Source of the DNA: Oscillospiraceae bacterium
GTDB lineage: Bacteria; Bacillota; Clostridia; Oscillospirales; Acutalibacteraceae
Direction: 5' to 3'
Assembly (NCBI GenBank): GCA_022650455.1
Contig: JALCPO010000002.1
Location: forward strand, 5,073 to 69,072
DNA: 64,000 nt
A model generated the notes under the pieces. The model ran no database searches and was not told the origin of the DNA. It saw only the letters and a list, made by a program, of their open reading frames with translations. Made by a program: the position numbers and the translations under genes. Shown piece after piece: positions 40,774-49,464 of the stretch (within the stretch, counting starts at the first letter, position 1; each line of letters opens with the position of its first letter).

Positions 40774-41217
40774 TCAATATAGATGGAAAAACCACAGGAT
40801 CAATCCGTACAGGATCGACGCCGCAGTGCTGTAAACCAGGACCGGCCCGGCGATGACGAACATCTTTGCGCCGATCCCCAGCACGAACCCCTCGCTTTTG
40901 AATTCCATGGCCGGCGAGACGACGGAGTTTGCGAAGCCGGTGATGGGCACGATCATCCCGGCCCCGCCGTATTTGGCGATGTTGTCGTAGACGCGCGCGG
41001 CGGTCAGCACGGCAGTCAGGGCGATCAGCGTGATGGAAACGAAGGCGCCGGCGGTTTTCTCATCCAGTTTCAGGTAGAGGTAAAGGTCCAGAAAACATTG
41101 GCCCAGCGTGCAGATGCCGCCGCCGAACACGAACGCCAGCAGCATGTCCTTGGCATAGGTGGAAGCCGGCGACGCCTTCTGCGCCATTTTTTTGTATTCG
41201 GCTTTTGAAACAGTCAA
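40774..41217 (-). CDS. spoVAC: Stage V sporulation protein AC
   Basis: AFVFGGGICTLGQ, AGMIVPITGFANSVVSPAMEFKSEG, KMFVIAGPVLVY; TTG start. Confidence 0.95.
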   Translation of the reverse strand: MTVSKAEYKKMAQKASPASTYAKDMLLAFVFGGGICTLGQCFLDLYLYLKLDEKTAGAFVSITLIALTAVLTAARVYDNIAKYGGAGMIVPITGFANSVVSPAMEFKSEGFVLGIGAKMFVIAGPVLVYSTAASILYGLILWFFHLY

Positions 41218-41252
41218 TCGAATCGATCTTCCTTCCGGTAAAACTTTAATGT

Positions 41253-41282
41253 TATTCTGCCAAACGAACCGGGAAAATATTC
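41253..41282 (-). promoter_or_regulatory. Putative sigma-G promoter for spoVAC-spoVAD
   Basis: GAATA-18-CAGAATA vs sigG consensus GnATA-18-CATAnTA; spoVA is sigG-controlled in B. subtilis. Confidence 0.5.
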
Positions 41283-41488
41283 GGGGAAATCTTTTTCCCG
41301 AACAGCCTTCGGCCCGGCATCCGGACACCGCGATACTATAAAAAAGATAGTTCCTATCTTTCCCGGAGAAATCCGTGGGGAAAAAGGAAAAATCCGGCGT
41401 ATGGGAAGGAAAGGCGCTCCCTTTCCGCGGCGCCCGGTGCATTCGTACCACTTTTTACCCGAAAATGCCGGGGACGGAAGAAAAGAGG

Positions 41489-42120
41489 TGCTTTCGCAAG
41501 TACGCCGTCGCCGACCCTATGTGCATGGCAAACAAGCCGTACATAAACATCCGAATCTATTACAAAGAGCTTTTGAGCAGCCGCTGCCCAATCACTTCTG
41601 GGTTACGGATGTTACCTATATCTCTACTGCCTACTGCAAAAGGGATGCTGTATCTATGTGCAGCAGTAGACCTGTGCGGCAAAATGGCCTTGTCCTACCG
41701 CATCGGAAATGACATGACCGCCTCATTGGTGACGGATACCATCCGGGATGCCTTGCAAAAAGAGAAGGTCGCCGGTGGACTTGCCCTCCACAGCGACCAA
41801 GGGTCTCAATACACTTTGCAAGCATACTTTGGCTTGGGTCAGGAGTACCATTTTCGGCCGTCAATGTCCAGCCCCGGATGCCCTTACGACAATGCCGCTA
41901 TGGAAAATTTCTTTGGAACGCTCAAGACAATGTTTGCACCGGATGAAATTTTCCTGCCGCGCCGAAGTGGAACAGGCAGTGGCTGAATATATGCAGTTTT
42001 ACAATTAACGCATTAACTTGAAAGACGGCCTCACTCCGTCTGAAATCCGGAGCAAGGCCGCTTAAATCCCACCTATTGACAAGGCTTTTATTTCTTTGTC
42101 TGCCCGTCGGGGAACAGTCC
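41489..42120 (+). mobile_element. Decayed IS3-family (IS150-like) element: truncated, frameshifted OrfB plus degenerate right end
   Basis: LSQVRRRRPY, NLLQRAF..PNHFWVTDVTY (D), HSDQGSQY (D), DNAAMENFFGTLK (E), AVAEYMQFYN; 7-bp duplication at 41624-41637, second frameshift about 41930, premature TAA 42006. Confidence 0.88.
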
Positions 42121-42187
42121 GGCGTTAAGCGAAGGACGGGTCCTTTTTATGCATCGTACCGTTTCAAAAATGCCGGAGAAAAACCGT

Positions 42188-42634
42188 TCATCCCTTATGC
42201 GGCAGGCCTTTTGCCTGGCACTCGGGGCAGTACCCGTACAGGTTCAGCTTATGGTCCGTAATCCGGAAATGGGTCTGTTCTTCCAGTTGCTTTTCATAGG
42301 CTTTCAGGGGACAGGTATCGAGGGAAATCATCTTTTTGCATCCCAGGCACACCAGGTAATGCTTGTGAATCATCCGGTTGTATTCGTAAAGGGCTTTTTT
42401 GCTTTCGTTCAATTTTACCTGGACGACCAGATTCTTGTTCACCAGGCGGTCCAGTTCCCGGTAGACCGTCGACAGGCTGGTTGAGATTCCAGCCCGGTTC
42501 AGCTCGAAAAAGACCTGCTCGGCCGTTGCCGGCTGCGTCCGCTTTTCCAGAATCTCCAGAATCGCCGTCCGGTGTCTGGTGCTTTTCAGTCCCTTCCGTT
42601 TCAGGTCTTCCCGGCGGTCGGTTTTATTTTTCAA
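42188..42634 (-). CDS. Fur-family regulator, probably Zur
   Basis: KSTRHRTAIL, SLSTVYREL HTH, HKHYLVCLGC, LYGYCPEC; TTG start with GGAGG; TTGACA-17-TATAAT at 42684-42712; adjacent to Zn-uptake genes. Confidence 0.88.
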   Translation of the reverse strand: MKNKTDRREDLKRKGLKSTRHRTAILEILEKRTQPATAEQVFFELNRAGISTSLSTVYRELDRLVNKNLVVQVKLNESKKALYEYNRMIHKHYLVCLGCKKMISLDTCPLKAYEKQLEEQTHFRITDHKLNLYGYCPECQAKGLPHKG

Positions 42635-42742
42635 ATCGGTATCCCCCTCCCATCGAATGAGAATAAGAACCGTTTGCGACTCAATTATACCCGCCCGGGC
42701 ATCGCCTGTCAAGGTTGCGGGGAACGGGCCGTCCCGAAGAAG

Positions 42743-42771
42743 GCATATCCTCTTTGCCGGCTTCATAAGAT
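42743..42771 (+). promoter_or_regulatory. Putative sigma-E-type promoter for YibE/F gene
   Basis: GCATATC-14-CATAAGAT vs sigE consensus kCATATT-14-CATAcanT. Confidence 0.45.
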
Positions 42772-42784
42772 TCTTAGGAAGGGG

Positions 42785-43987
42785 ATGATGCAGATCAATC
42801 GGAAAGCAGGTCGAAAAAATGCCGGAAACTATTTTTGGATTCTTCTGTTTGCCGCCGCATTCCTGATTGTCGGCCACCGGGTTGCCTCGTCCCGCCCCAT
42901 GGACCTGACGGTCACGGACTATGAATCGCAGCTGGAAAACCAGGTTTTTGCCACGGTGGTCAAAATCGATTCGGTGCAGCCCAATCCCACCGATGGCGCG
43001 ACCAATATCGTCCGGTTTCATGCCGTGATTACGGCGGGGGAGCAAAAGGGCGCTTCCGTGCCGGCCACGCAGTATGTTTATAAGAACAACAACGCCATGC
43101 CCGTTATGGTAAAGGTGGACGACCGGGTCGTGCTGGGGAAGCTTTCCGCGGACGGCGCCGCCGATTGGGCGTTTGAAAATTACGACAGAATCGGGCAGAT
43201 AGCCATTCTCGTTTCCGTTTTCGCCGCGTCCGTTTTGGCGCTGGGCGGCTGGAAAGGGCTGAGCACGGTCCTGTCGCTTGCCTTTACCTGCCTCGCGCTG
43301 TTCTATGTGTATCTTCCCTTTCTCCTTACAGGGGCGAACATCTATGCGGCGACCGCCGTCGTCTGCGTTTCGATCATTGGGGTTTCCTTTGCCCTCACGG
43401 GCGGACTGAACCGGAAAAGCTTCGCGGCGGCCGTCGGCTGCACCGGCGGGGTTGTCTTTTCCGGAGTGCTTTACCGGTTCATGGAAACGGCCATGAAGCT
43501 GACCGGTTCCTATAATGACGAGACCTCGCGTCTCATCCAGATATTCGGCCAGAACCGGCTGAACCTGAAAGGCGTCGTTTTCGCCATGGTGACCATCGGC
43601 GCTTTGGGGAGCGTTATGGATGTGGCCATGTCGATCGCCTCTTCCCTGGATGAAATCCGGCGGGAAAAAACCGTGACCAAACAGGGGCTCCTCCGATCCG
43701 GGCTCCGCATCGGGCGGGATATTATGGGAACGATGGCCAACACCCTGATCCTTGCGTATATCGGCAGCAGCCTGGTCATGGTCCTGATCTACGGCGCGTC
43801 CCGTTACCCTCTCTTCCAGCTCCTCAACCAGGAAGAGATCGTCATTGAGCTGCTCCAGTCCCTGATCGGAAGCCTCGGAATGCTGTTCACCATTCCGTTT
43901 ACGGCGGCGGTGGCGGCCATCCTGTTCACGCGCACAGAGGCGGTCCACCCTGTCCGCACCGTCCGCCCGGCGCAGTGGAAGAAGTAG
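42785..43987 (+). CDS. YibE/F-family membrane protein
   Basis: N-terminal OB-like extracellular region; YDRIGQ, IGALGSVMDVAMSIASSL, GRDIMGTMANTLILAYIGSSL. Confidence 0.88.
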   Translation: MMQINRKAGRKNAGNYFWILLFAAAFLIVGHRVASSRPMDLTVTDYESQLENQVFATVVKIDSVQPNPTDGATNIVRFHAVITAGEQKGASVPATQYVYKNNNAMPVMVKVDDRVVLGKLSADGAADWAFENYDRIGQIAILVSVFAASVLALGGWKGLSTVLSLAFTCLALFYVYLPFLLTGANIYAATAVVCVSIIGVSFALTGGLNRKSFAAAVGCTGGVVFSGVLYRFMETAMKLTGSYNDETSRLIQIFGQNRLNLKGVVFAMVTIGALGSVMDVAMSIASSLDEIRREKTVTKQGLLRSGLRIGRDIMGTMANTLILAYIGSSLVMVLIYGASRYPLFQLLNQEEIVIELLQSLIGSLGMLFTIPFTAAVAAILFTRTEAVHPVRTVRPAQWKK

Positions 43988-44022
43988 CCCGGCCGGGGCG
44001 GAAGCCGCGGGCCGGGCCGCCG

Positions 44023-45159
44023 TTATTTTGCCTTCCCGCAGAGGCACCGGTCCAGGGAAGCGCAGATCGTTTCCGGGTCGAGGCGGATTCCGATGAAAAC
44101 CAGACGAATTTTGCGGTCCCCGACTTCTGGGTCCCAGTCTCTTTTAGCGCCCGGATCTTTCGCCGGAGCCCTTTGCTGCTCGTATTTCGTTCCGGATGCG
44201 ATCCAGCGGCCGAACGGTGTCATGTCGGTGGACTGCCCGGCCTGCTCAAACAGGAACACGGTGTCGTTATGGTTGGAAACCCAGACGATTCCTTTGCATC
44301 GCACGACCTTTTTCGGCCAGTGCTTCAGCCATTTTGAAAATTTTTGGGCATCGAAGGGAAGCCTTCGGTCGTAGACGAAGGAGTTGATGCCGTACTCCGC
44401 TTCTTCGCCCTCTTTTTCGCCGTTTTTTGCCTTTTCCAGCTCCTGCACCCACCCCGGGGCCCGGCACGCTTCCTGGAAATGGAACAGCTGTGTGTTCAGA
44501 ATGTCCCGCGGGTCGATTTTTCCGTGCTCCGTGCGGATGATATTGGCGGAAGGCTGCAATTTCCGGAGAATCGCCTCGATGCGGTTCCGCTGCGGCTCCC
44601 GGACCAGATCGGTCTTGTTTAAGATGATGACGTTGCAGAATTCAATTTGCTGGACCAGAAGCTGACAAATATCGTCCTCGCCCAGATCGCCGGGCCGAAG
44701 AAGCGACGCCCCTTCTAAAAATTCCGTTTCCAGACGGCAGGCATCCACGACCGTCGCGATGGTGTCGAGCCTGCACAGCTTCGGCAGGCGGCCGTTTCCG
44801 ATGCTTCCGTCCATCAGGGTAAGCGTCTGCGCGATGGGGAGCGGCTCGCAGATTCCGCTGGCCTCGATCAGGATATAATCGTAGCGGTTTGCCTTTACCA
44901 GCCGGGCCACCTGGCGGATCAGGTCCGCCCGCAGCGTGCAGCAGATGCAGCCGTTGGAAAGGGGAACCAGGCTGTCGTCGCTCTGCGAAACGGCGTTTCC
45001 CTTTTCAATCAGGGCGGCGTCGATGTTGACTTCGCCCATGTCGTTGACAATCACGGCGACCCTCAGGCCGGACTGGTTGTTTAATATGTGGTTGATGACG
45101 GTCGTTTTTCCCGACCCGAGATAGCCGGTTAAAACGGTGATCGGTACAGGTCGAATCAA
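44023..45159 (-). CDS. COG0523/CobW-family Zn metallochaperone GTPase (YciC/ZagA-like)
   Basis: LTGYLGSGKTT, VNDMGEVNID, GCICCTLR, EASGI, LNKTD, CobW_C region VVRCKG. Confidence 0.93.
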   Translation of the reverse strand: MIRPVPITVLTGYLGSGKTTVINHILNNQSGLRVAVIVNDMGEVNIDAALIEKGNAVSQSDDSLVPLSNGCICCTLRADLIRQVARLVKANRYDYILIEASGICEPLPIAQTLTLMDGSIGNGRLPKLCRLDTIATVVDACRLETEFLEGASLLRPGDLGEDDICQLLVQQIEFCNVIILNKTDLVREPQRNRIEAILRKLQPSANIIRTEHGKIDPRDILNTQLFHFQEACRAPGWVQELEKAKNGEKEGEEAEYGINSFVYDRRLPFDAQKFSKWLKHWPKKVVRCKGIVWVSNHNDTVFLFEQAGQSTDMTPFGRWIASGTKYEQQRAPAKDPGAKRDWDPEVGDRKIRLVFIGIRLDPETICASLDRCLCGKAK

Positions 45160-45223
45160 TGGGCATCCTTCCTTTTGCGTGGATTTCTTTTTCAGGGTCA
45201 GCCGTTCCCGCCGGACAGGTTCC

Positions 45224-45273
45224 GGGATCGGGAAAAGGGCCTCACATTCCGTGAAAGCCCTTTTCCCGATCCC
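45224..45273. repeat. 17-bp perfect inverted repeat between znuA and the COG0523 gene
   Basis: GGGATCGGGAAAAGGGC ... GCCCTTTTCCCGATCCC. Confidence 0.8.
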
Positions 45274-45316
45274 GCCCGTCCGGGCGGATTTTCCGCATGG
45301 CTGTTTGTTTTCCGTT

Positions 45317-46291
45317 TCAGCCTTTTTCTTCCAGGCTGGCGTCGATCTTGTCCAGGTCGCTTTTTACCCGTTCCAGATAGGTCCTGCCCTCTTCCTCGCC
45401 TTCGACGGTGTAGATGGTTTCGACTTTTGCGCCGACTTCCTGGGCCAGCGTCTTGGAAACGTCGGGGCTTGCCATGTCTTCCGCGAAGATGGTCGTCACT
45501 TTATGCTGTTTGCAGTACTGCACCAGCTCGGAAAGCTGCTGGGCGTTGGGTTCGCCCTCGGCGAAGGTGTCTTCCACGCTGTTCTGCTCCAGCCCGAAAT
45601 CGCGGCAGAGGTAGCCGAAAGCGGCATGCCCGGTCACAAAACTCTTTTTCGGGGCCGCCTGGAATTTTTTCTTGTATTCCGTATACAGAGCTTCCAGCTG
45701 CGAAACAAAATCGTTGCAGTTCTTTTCATAATAGTCCTGATTGGACGGGTCCGCTTTGACCAGGGCGGTCCTGATGTTTTTCACTTCGATCTCGGCGCCT
45801 TTCAGGCTCAGCCAGATGTGGGGATCGTACTGCCCGTGCTCCTTGATTTCCCCAGCATCCGTGTTTTTGATCGGCTCCGCGCCTTTGGAGGCTTCGACCG
45901 TCACCAGATCCGGGTTGTTTGCGGACTGAACCGCTTTTTCCGCCCAGGCTTCCATCCCGAATCCGCTGTACACGAAAACCTTCGCCGTGCTCAGGCCAAC
46001 CAGGTCCTGAGCCTTCGGCTCGAAGTCGTGGGGCTCCGTCCCGGCCGGGATGATGGTGGAGACCTCGACCTTCTCCTTGCCCACGGCTTCGGTAAACTCT
46101 TTCATGGCGTTAAAAGAGACGGAAACCTTCAGCTTCCCGCCCGAAGCCTTGCTTTCGGCGGAAGCCGCACCGGAAGACGGCAGGGAAGAGCCGGCTTCCG
46201 AGCTTCCCGGAGCCCCGCTGCCGCATGCCGACAGGCCCACGCTTAGAACGGCCGCTGCACACAGCAGGAGGGCCGTACACCGTTTCAACAT
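45317..46291 (-). CDS. znuA: Zn/Mn ABC transporter substrate-binding lipoprotein (cluster A-I)
   Basis: Lipobox LSAC, EPHDFEP, DPHIWLS, GHAAFGYL, EGEP; TTGACA-17-TATATT promoter at 46348-46376. Confidence 0.9.
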   Translation of the reverse strand: MLKRCTALLLCAAAVLSVGLSACGSGAPGSSEAGSSLPSSGAASAESKASGGKLKVSVSFNAMKEFTEAVGKEKVEVSTIIPAGTEPHDFEPKAQDLVGLSTAKVFVYSGFGMEAWAEKAVQSANNPDLVTVEASKGAEPIKNTDAGEIKEHGQYDPHIWLSLKGAEIEVKNIRTALVKADPSNQDYYEKNCNDFVSQLEALYTEYKKKFQAAPKKSFVTGHAAFGYLCRDFGLEQNSVEDTFAEGEPNAQQLSELVQYCKQHKVTTIFAEDMASPDVSKTLAQEVGAKVETIYTVEGEEEGRTYLERVKSDLDKIDASLEEKG

Positions 46292-46324
46292 TTTTATAAC
46301 CTCCATTGGTTTTAAAATACTTGC

Positions 46325-46345
46325 AAATGCAAACCATTTGTATTT
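46325..46345. promoter_or_regulatory. Putative Zur-like operator 1 (over znuA transcription start)
   Basis: AAATGCAAA-CCA-TTTGTATTT 9-3-9 imperfect palindrome, repeated at 46570. Confidence 0.7.
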
Positions 46346-46569
46346 ACAATATAGTTCCGGAACCCGGCTTTGTCAAGCCGGATAGGAATTTTTTTGAGCG
46401 TTCCGCAGGAAAACGGCCTGCGATTCGCTAAAATCGTGCGACCGTGCTTTTGGAGCGTTTCCCGGCCGGAGCTTATCTCCCGGGCCCGCCGGACACGCCG
46501 CGCACGGCAGAAACACCGTACACCGTTTTGAGATTATAAGAAAAAGCTTCAGAATCTTAAAAAACTTGC

Positions 46570-46590
46570 AAATGCGAACGATTTGTATTT
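46570..46590. promoter_or_regulatory. Putative Zur-like operator 2 (inside the znuCB promoter TTGCAA-18-TATAAT)
   Basis: AAATGCGAA-CGA-TTTGTATTT. Confidence 0.7.
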
Positions 46591-46680
46591 ATAATAGAAA
46601 TAGCTGTCGGCGGCAAACCGGTCAGGCACGTTTTTTCATATTCCTAAAATTGTCCGGGACAGCAAAGGAGATCGGAACCG

Positions 46681-47367
46681 ATGATGATACAGGCAAAAAA
46701 TTTATATTTTTCCTACACGGGGTCCCCGCCGTATGTCCTTGACGGCATGAATCTCGAGATCAGGCGGGGGGAGTATGTCTCCGTCGTGGGGGAGAACGGC
46801 TGCGGCAAAAGCACGCTGATGCGGCTGATCCTGAATTTTTTGAAGCCGACGCTCGGGACCATACGCACGCACGCCGAAAGAATCGGATATGTCCCCCAGA
46901 AAAACGATTTTTCCAATTCCGGTTTTCCCATTACGGTCCGCGAGATGCTGGACTCGTACCGCAGGCTCCTGAAGCTGAAGGACAGGGATATCCCCGCGGA
47001 AAGCCTCCGGCGGGTGGGCATGTCCGCGTTTTCCCGCGCCCTGATGGGGACGCTTTCCGGCGGGCAGACCCAGAAGGTCCTCATCGCCCGCGCCCTGATC
47101 GGCGACCCGGACCTGCTGATTCTGGACGAGCCTTCTACGGGCGTGGACCTCGGCAGCCAGAGGGAAATCTACGGCTTTTTGAAAAAAATCAACCGCGAAC
47201 GGAAGATCACGATCGTTTCGGTGGAACATAATCTGGAAGCCGCCGTCGCCAATTCCACGCTCATTTATCATCTGGTGAGCGGGAAAGGGCATCTCTGCTC
47301 GCCCAGCCAGTACGCCGGAGAGTATCTCAGAAAGAACAGGATCGGTGAAGAACATGCTGGACTATAG
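46681..47367 (+). CDS. znuC: Zn/Mn ABC transporter ATPase
   Basis: GENGCGKST, IGYVPQ, LSGGQTQKVLIARAL, LDEPSTGVD, SVEHN. Confidence 0.9.
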   Translation: MMIQAKNLYFSYTGSPPYVLDGMNLEIRRGEYVSVVGENGCGKSTLMRLILNFLKPTLGTIRTHAERIGYVPQKNDFSNSGFPITVREMLDSYRRLLKLKDRDIPAESLRRVGMSAFSRALMGTLSGGQTQKVLIARALIGDPDLLILDEPSTGVDLGSQREIYGFLKKINRERKITIVSVEHNLEAAVANSTLIYHLVSGKGHLCSPSQYAGEYLRKNRIGEEHAGL

Positions 47368-48163
47368 CTTTATGCGGAACGCGCTGTTCGTTTCCGTGTT
47401 CATTTCCATTCTGTGCCCCTGCATCGGCATTTTTCTGGTGCTCCGGCGCTACTCCATGATCGGGGATACGCTGTCCCACGCGTCCCTGGCGGGGGTCGCC
47501 ATCGGACTGCTGACCGGTCAGAACCCCGTTCTCGGCGCCTTTGTCTTTACATCCGTCTGCGGTGCCCTCATTGAGTTTCTCCGGACTTATTTCAAAAAAT
47601 ATACGGACCTGATCCTGACGATCGTGCTCGCGCTGAGCGTGGGCACCGCCATTACGATCATCAGCTCGGGCCGGCTGCACGCCAACGCGGATTCCTTCCT
47701 GTTCGGGAGCATCCTGACCGTCACGCGGTTCGACATGGTCATGGTGGTGATCCTCAGCGCCGTTTCCGTTCTGGCCTTGATTTTCCTTTACCACCAGATG
47801 CTGTATATCGCGTACGACGAGGAAGCCGCGAAGGTGGCGGGTGTGAGGGTCCGGCTGATCAACTATGTCTTTTCCATCCTTGTGGCGTCCGCCATTTCCA
47901 TGTCCATCCGGATCGTGGGGGTCCTGGTGCTCAGCTCGATGATCGCGCTTCCGGTTGCCACGGCCCTGCAGCTCGGCAGGGGCTTTAAAATCACGCTTCT
48001 GTTTTCCATCTTTTTCAGCGTCGTCGATATTATGACGGGCCTGTTCGTTTCGTACTACATCGGCGTGGCCCCGGGGGGATTCACCGCGCTTGTGTCCGTC
48101 GCCGTGCTTGTCCTCGTCCTGCTGGCGAAGAAGGTGTCCGCCTCCCTGCGGAGCGCCCGCTGA
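47354..48163 (+). CDS. znuB: Zn/Mn ABC transporter permease
   Basis: IGDTLSHASLAG, FLFGSIL, YDEEAAKVAG, IRIVGVLVLSSMIALP. Confidence 0.92.
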   Translation: MLDYSFMRNALFVSVFISILCPCIGIFLVLRRYSMIGDTLSHASLAGVAIGLLTGQNPVLGAFVFTSVCGALIEFLRTYFKKYTDLILTIVLALSVGTAITIISSGRLHANADSFLFGSILTVTRFDMVMVVILSAVSVLALIFLYHQMLYIAYDEEAAKVAGVRVRLINYVFSILVASAISMSIRIVGVLVLSSMIALPVATALQLGRGFKITLLFSIFFSVVDIMTGLFVSYYIGVAPGGFTALVSVAVLVLVLLAKKVSASLRSAR

Positions 48164-48190
48164 CGGAGCGCATCCCAGAAATCCGGACGG

Positions 48191-48226
48191 AAAAAGCGCC
48201 GCAAGGCCTTGGCTTTGCGGCGCTTT
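48191..48226. terminator. Bidirectional terminator between znuB and the VIT1 gene
   Basis: AAAAGCGCCGCAAGGCC-TT-GGCTTTGCGGCGCTTTT. Confidence 0.75.
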
Positions 48227-48237
48227 TGGCGGGGCTG

Positions 48238-49131
48238 TTACAGGTTCACGTTCATCACGTTTTTCATGAACAGGCCGGCAAGGAACGAGAGGGCGGCCAC
48301 GCCGAGGCTGATGCACGCCATCTGCCCGAACCGCTTCCCGAACGGCATGTCCTTCGCCACCGCGATGTAATAGTTGAAGATCACCAGAATCAGAACGACG
48401 ATCGCCAGCATCAGGCCCAGGGCGGGCAGGTAATGCCGCGGCGAAAGCAGAAGATACGGCAGAATCAGCAGCGCGACCGCGACGAGATAGGTGACGCCGG
48501 TGTACACGCTCGATTTTGCCGCGTCCGCGCGGCCCTCGCTTTTTGCGGAGAGGAACTCGGAAGCCGCCATTGAAAGCGTTGCGGAAATGCCGGTGATCAG
48601 GCCGGAAAGCGCGATCAGGCGCGTGTTCTGCATGGCGAGCGTCAGCCCGGCCAGCGTGCCGGTCATTTCCACCAGCGCGTCGTTAAGCCCCAGCACCATG
48701 GAACCGACGTACCGCAGCCGTTCCTCATCCAGAAGGCCGATCAGCGCGCTTTCGTGCCCTTTTTCCTGCGCCTGGATTTCCCTGGCTTCCGGTACCTCGC
48801 GGGCCAGCCGCTCGTAGTTTTTCTGGGCGCTTTCCTCGCCGTTTTCCATCTGCTTGACCGCAAACGTGAAGCCGAACAGCTTTACGGTGAGCATTCTGCC
48901 AAAGACCCGGCCGGCGCGCGGCCGCAGCTGTTCGCCGGTGTATTCCTTCCATTTCGCGGCATGGGTTTGTTCCGCTTCGGCAAGCCGCAGAAGCACGTTC
49001 CTGTTTTCCCTGTCTTTCGCGCAGGCCGCGATGCGGCGGTAGATTTCCGCCTCGTCGGCTTCGTTTTGCTGCATGGCGCGCAGAAGATGCAGTGTCTGTC
49101 CGGAAACAGCCTTCCGATTTTGTAATTCCAT
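48238..49131 (-). CDS. Ferritin/rubrerythrin-like domain fused to VIT1/CCC1 transporter (MbfA-like)
   Basis: N-terminal NE..E..IY..E..H / E..H di-iron-type pattern; C-terminal VLGLNDALVEMTG, LSMAASEFLS VIT1 motifs. Confidence 0.85.
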   Translation of the reverse strand: MELQNRKAVSGQTLHLLRAMQQNEADEAEIYRRIAACAKDRENRNVLLRLAEAEQTHAAKWKEYTGEQLRPRAGRVFGRMLTVKLFGFTFAVKQMENGEESAQKNYERLAREVPEAREIQAQEKGHESALIGLLDEERLRYVGSMVLGLNDALVEMTGTLAGLTLAMQNTRLIALSGLITGISATLSMAASEFLSAKSEGRADAAKSSVYTGVTYLVAVALLILPYLLLSPRHYLPALGLMLAIVVLILVIFNYYIAVAKDMPFGKRFGQMACISLGVAALSFLAGLFMKNVMNVNL

Positions 49132-49222
49132 GGAAATTCCCCTTTCCGGTCTTTCCCCGCCGCGGTCCCGGACCCGCCCATCTGCCTGTTCGGCTGAGCG
49201 GAACCCCCGGGATCGCGGGCGG

Positions 49223-49427
49223 AAACAAAAAGATGCCCACGGCAACCCGAACAGCCGTGAAGCATCCGTGCGTTTTCTTGAATCTGAACCGATTTGTTCC
49301 GCTTCGCTGGAGCCGCGGGTTTTGCGTCCCGCGGGCTTCCGAAACCGGGCTGCCTGTTTTCCCGCGGCGGATTGGTTCCCCGCGGATGACCCGAATTCAT
49401 GATAACATCCTTTTCCCGCCTTGTCAA
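49223..49427 (-). ncRNA. Candidate cis-regulatory leader: sigma-A promoter, structured RNA, intrinsic terminator
   Basis: TTGACA-17-TATCAT (49399-49427); terminator GATGC-TT-CACGGC/GCCGTG-G-GCATC plus T-tract (49223-49266), about 90 nt upstream of the ATG. Confidence 0.45.
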
Positions 49428-49464
49428 AGAAGGGGGAATCGCGGCGGGAGGAGAGACTGGGATT

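Noticed and set aside
49340-49392. c-di-AMP (ydaO) riboswitch suggested by GCGGGGAACCAA
   Set aside because: The other conserved blocks (GGGGTGAATC, CAGCTAACC) are absent
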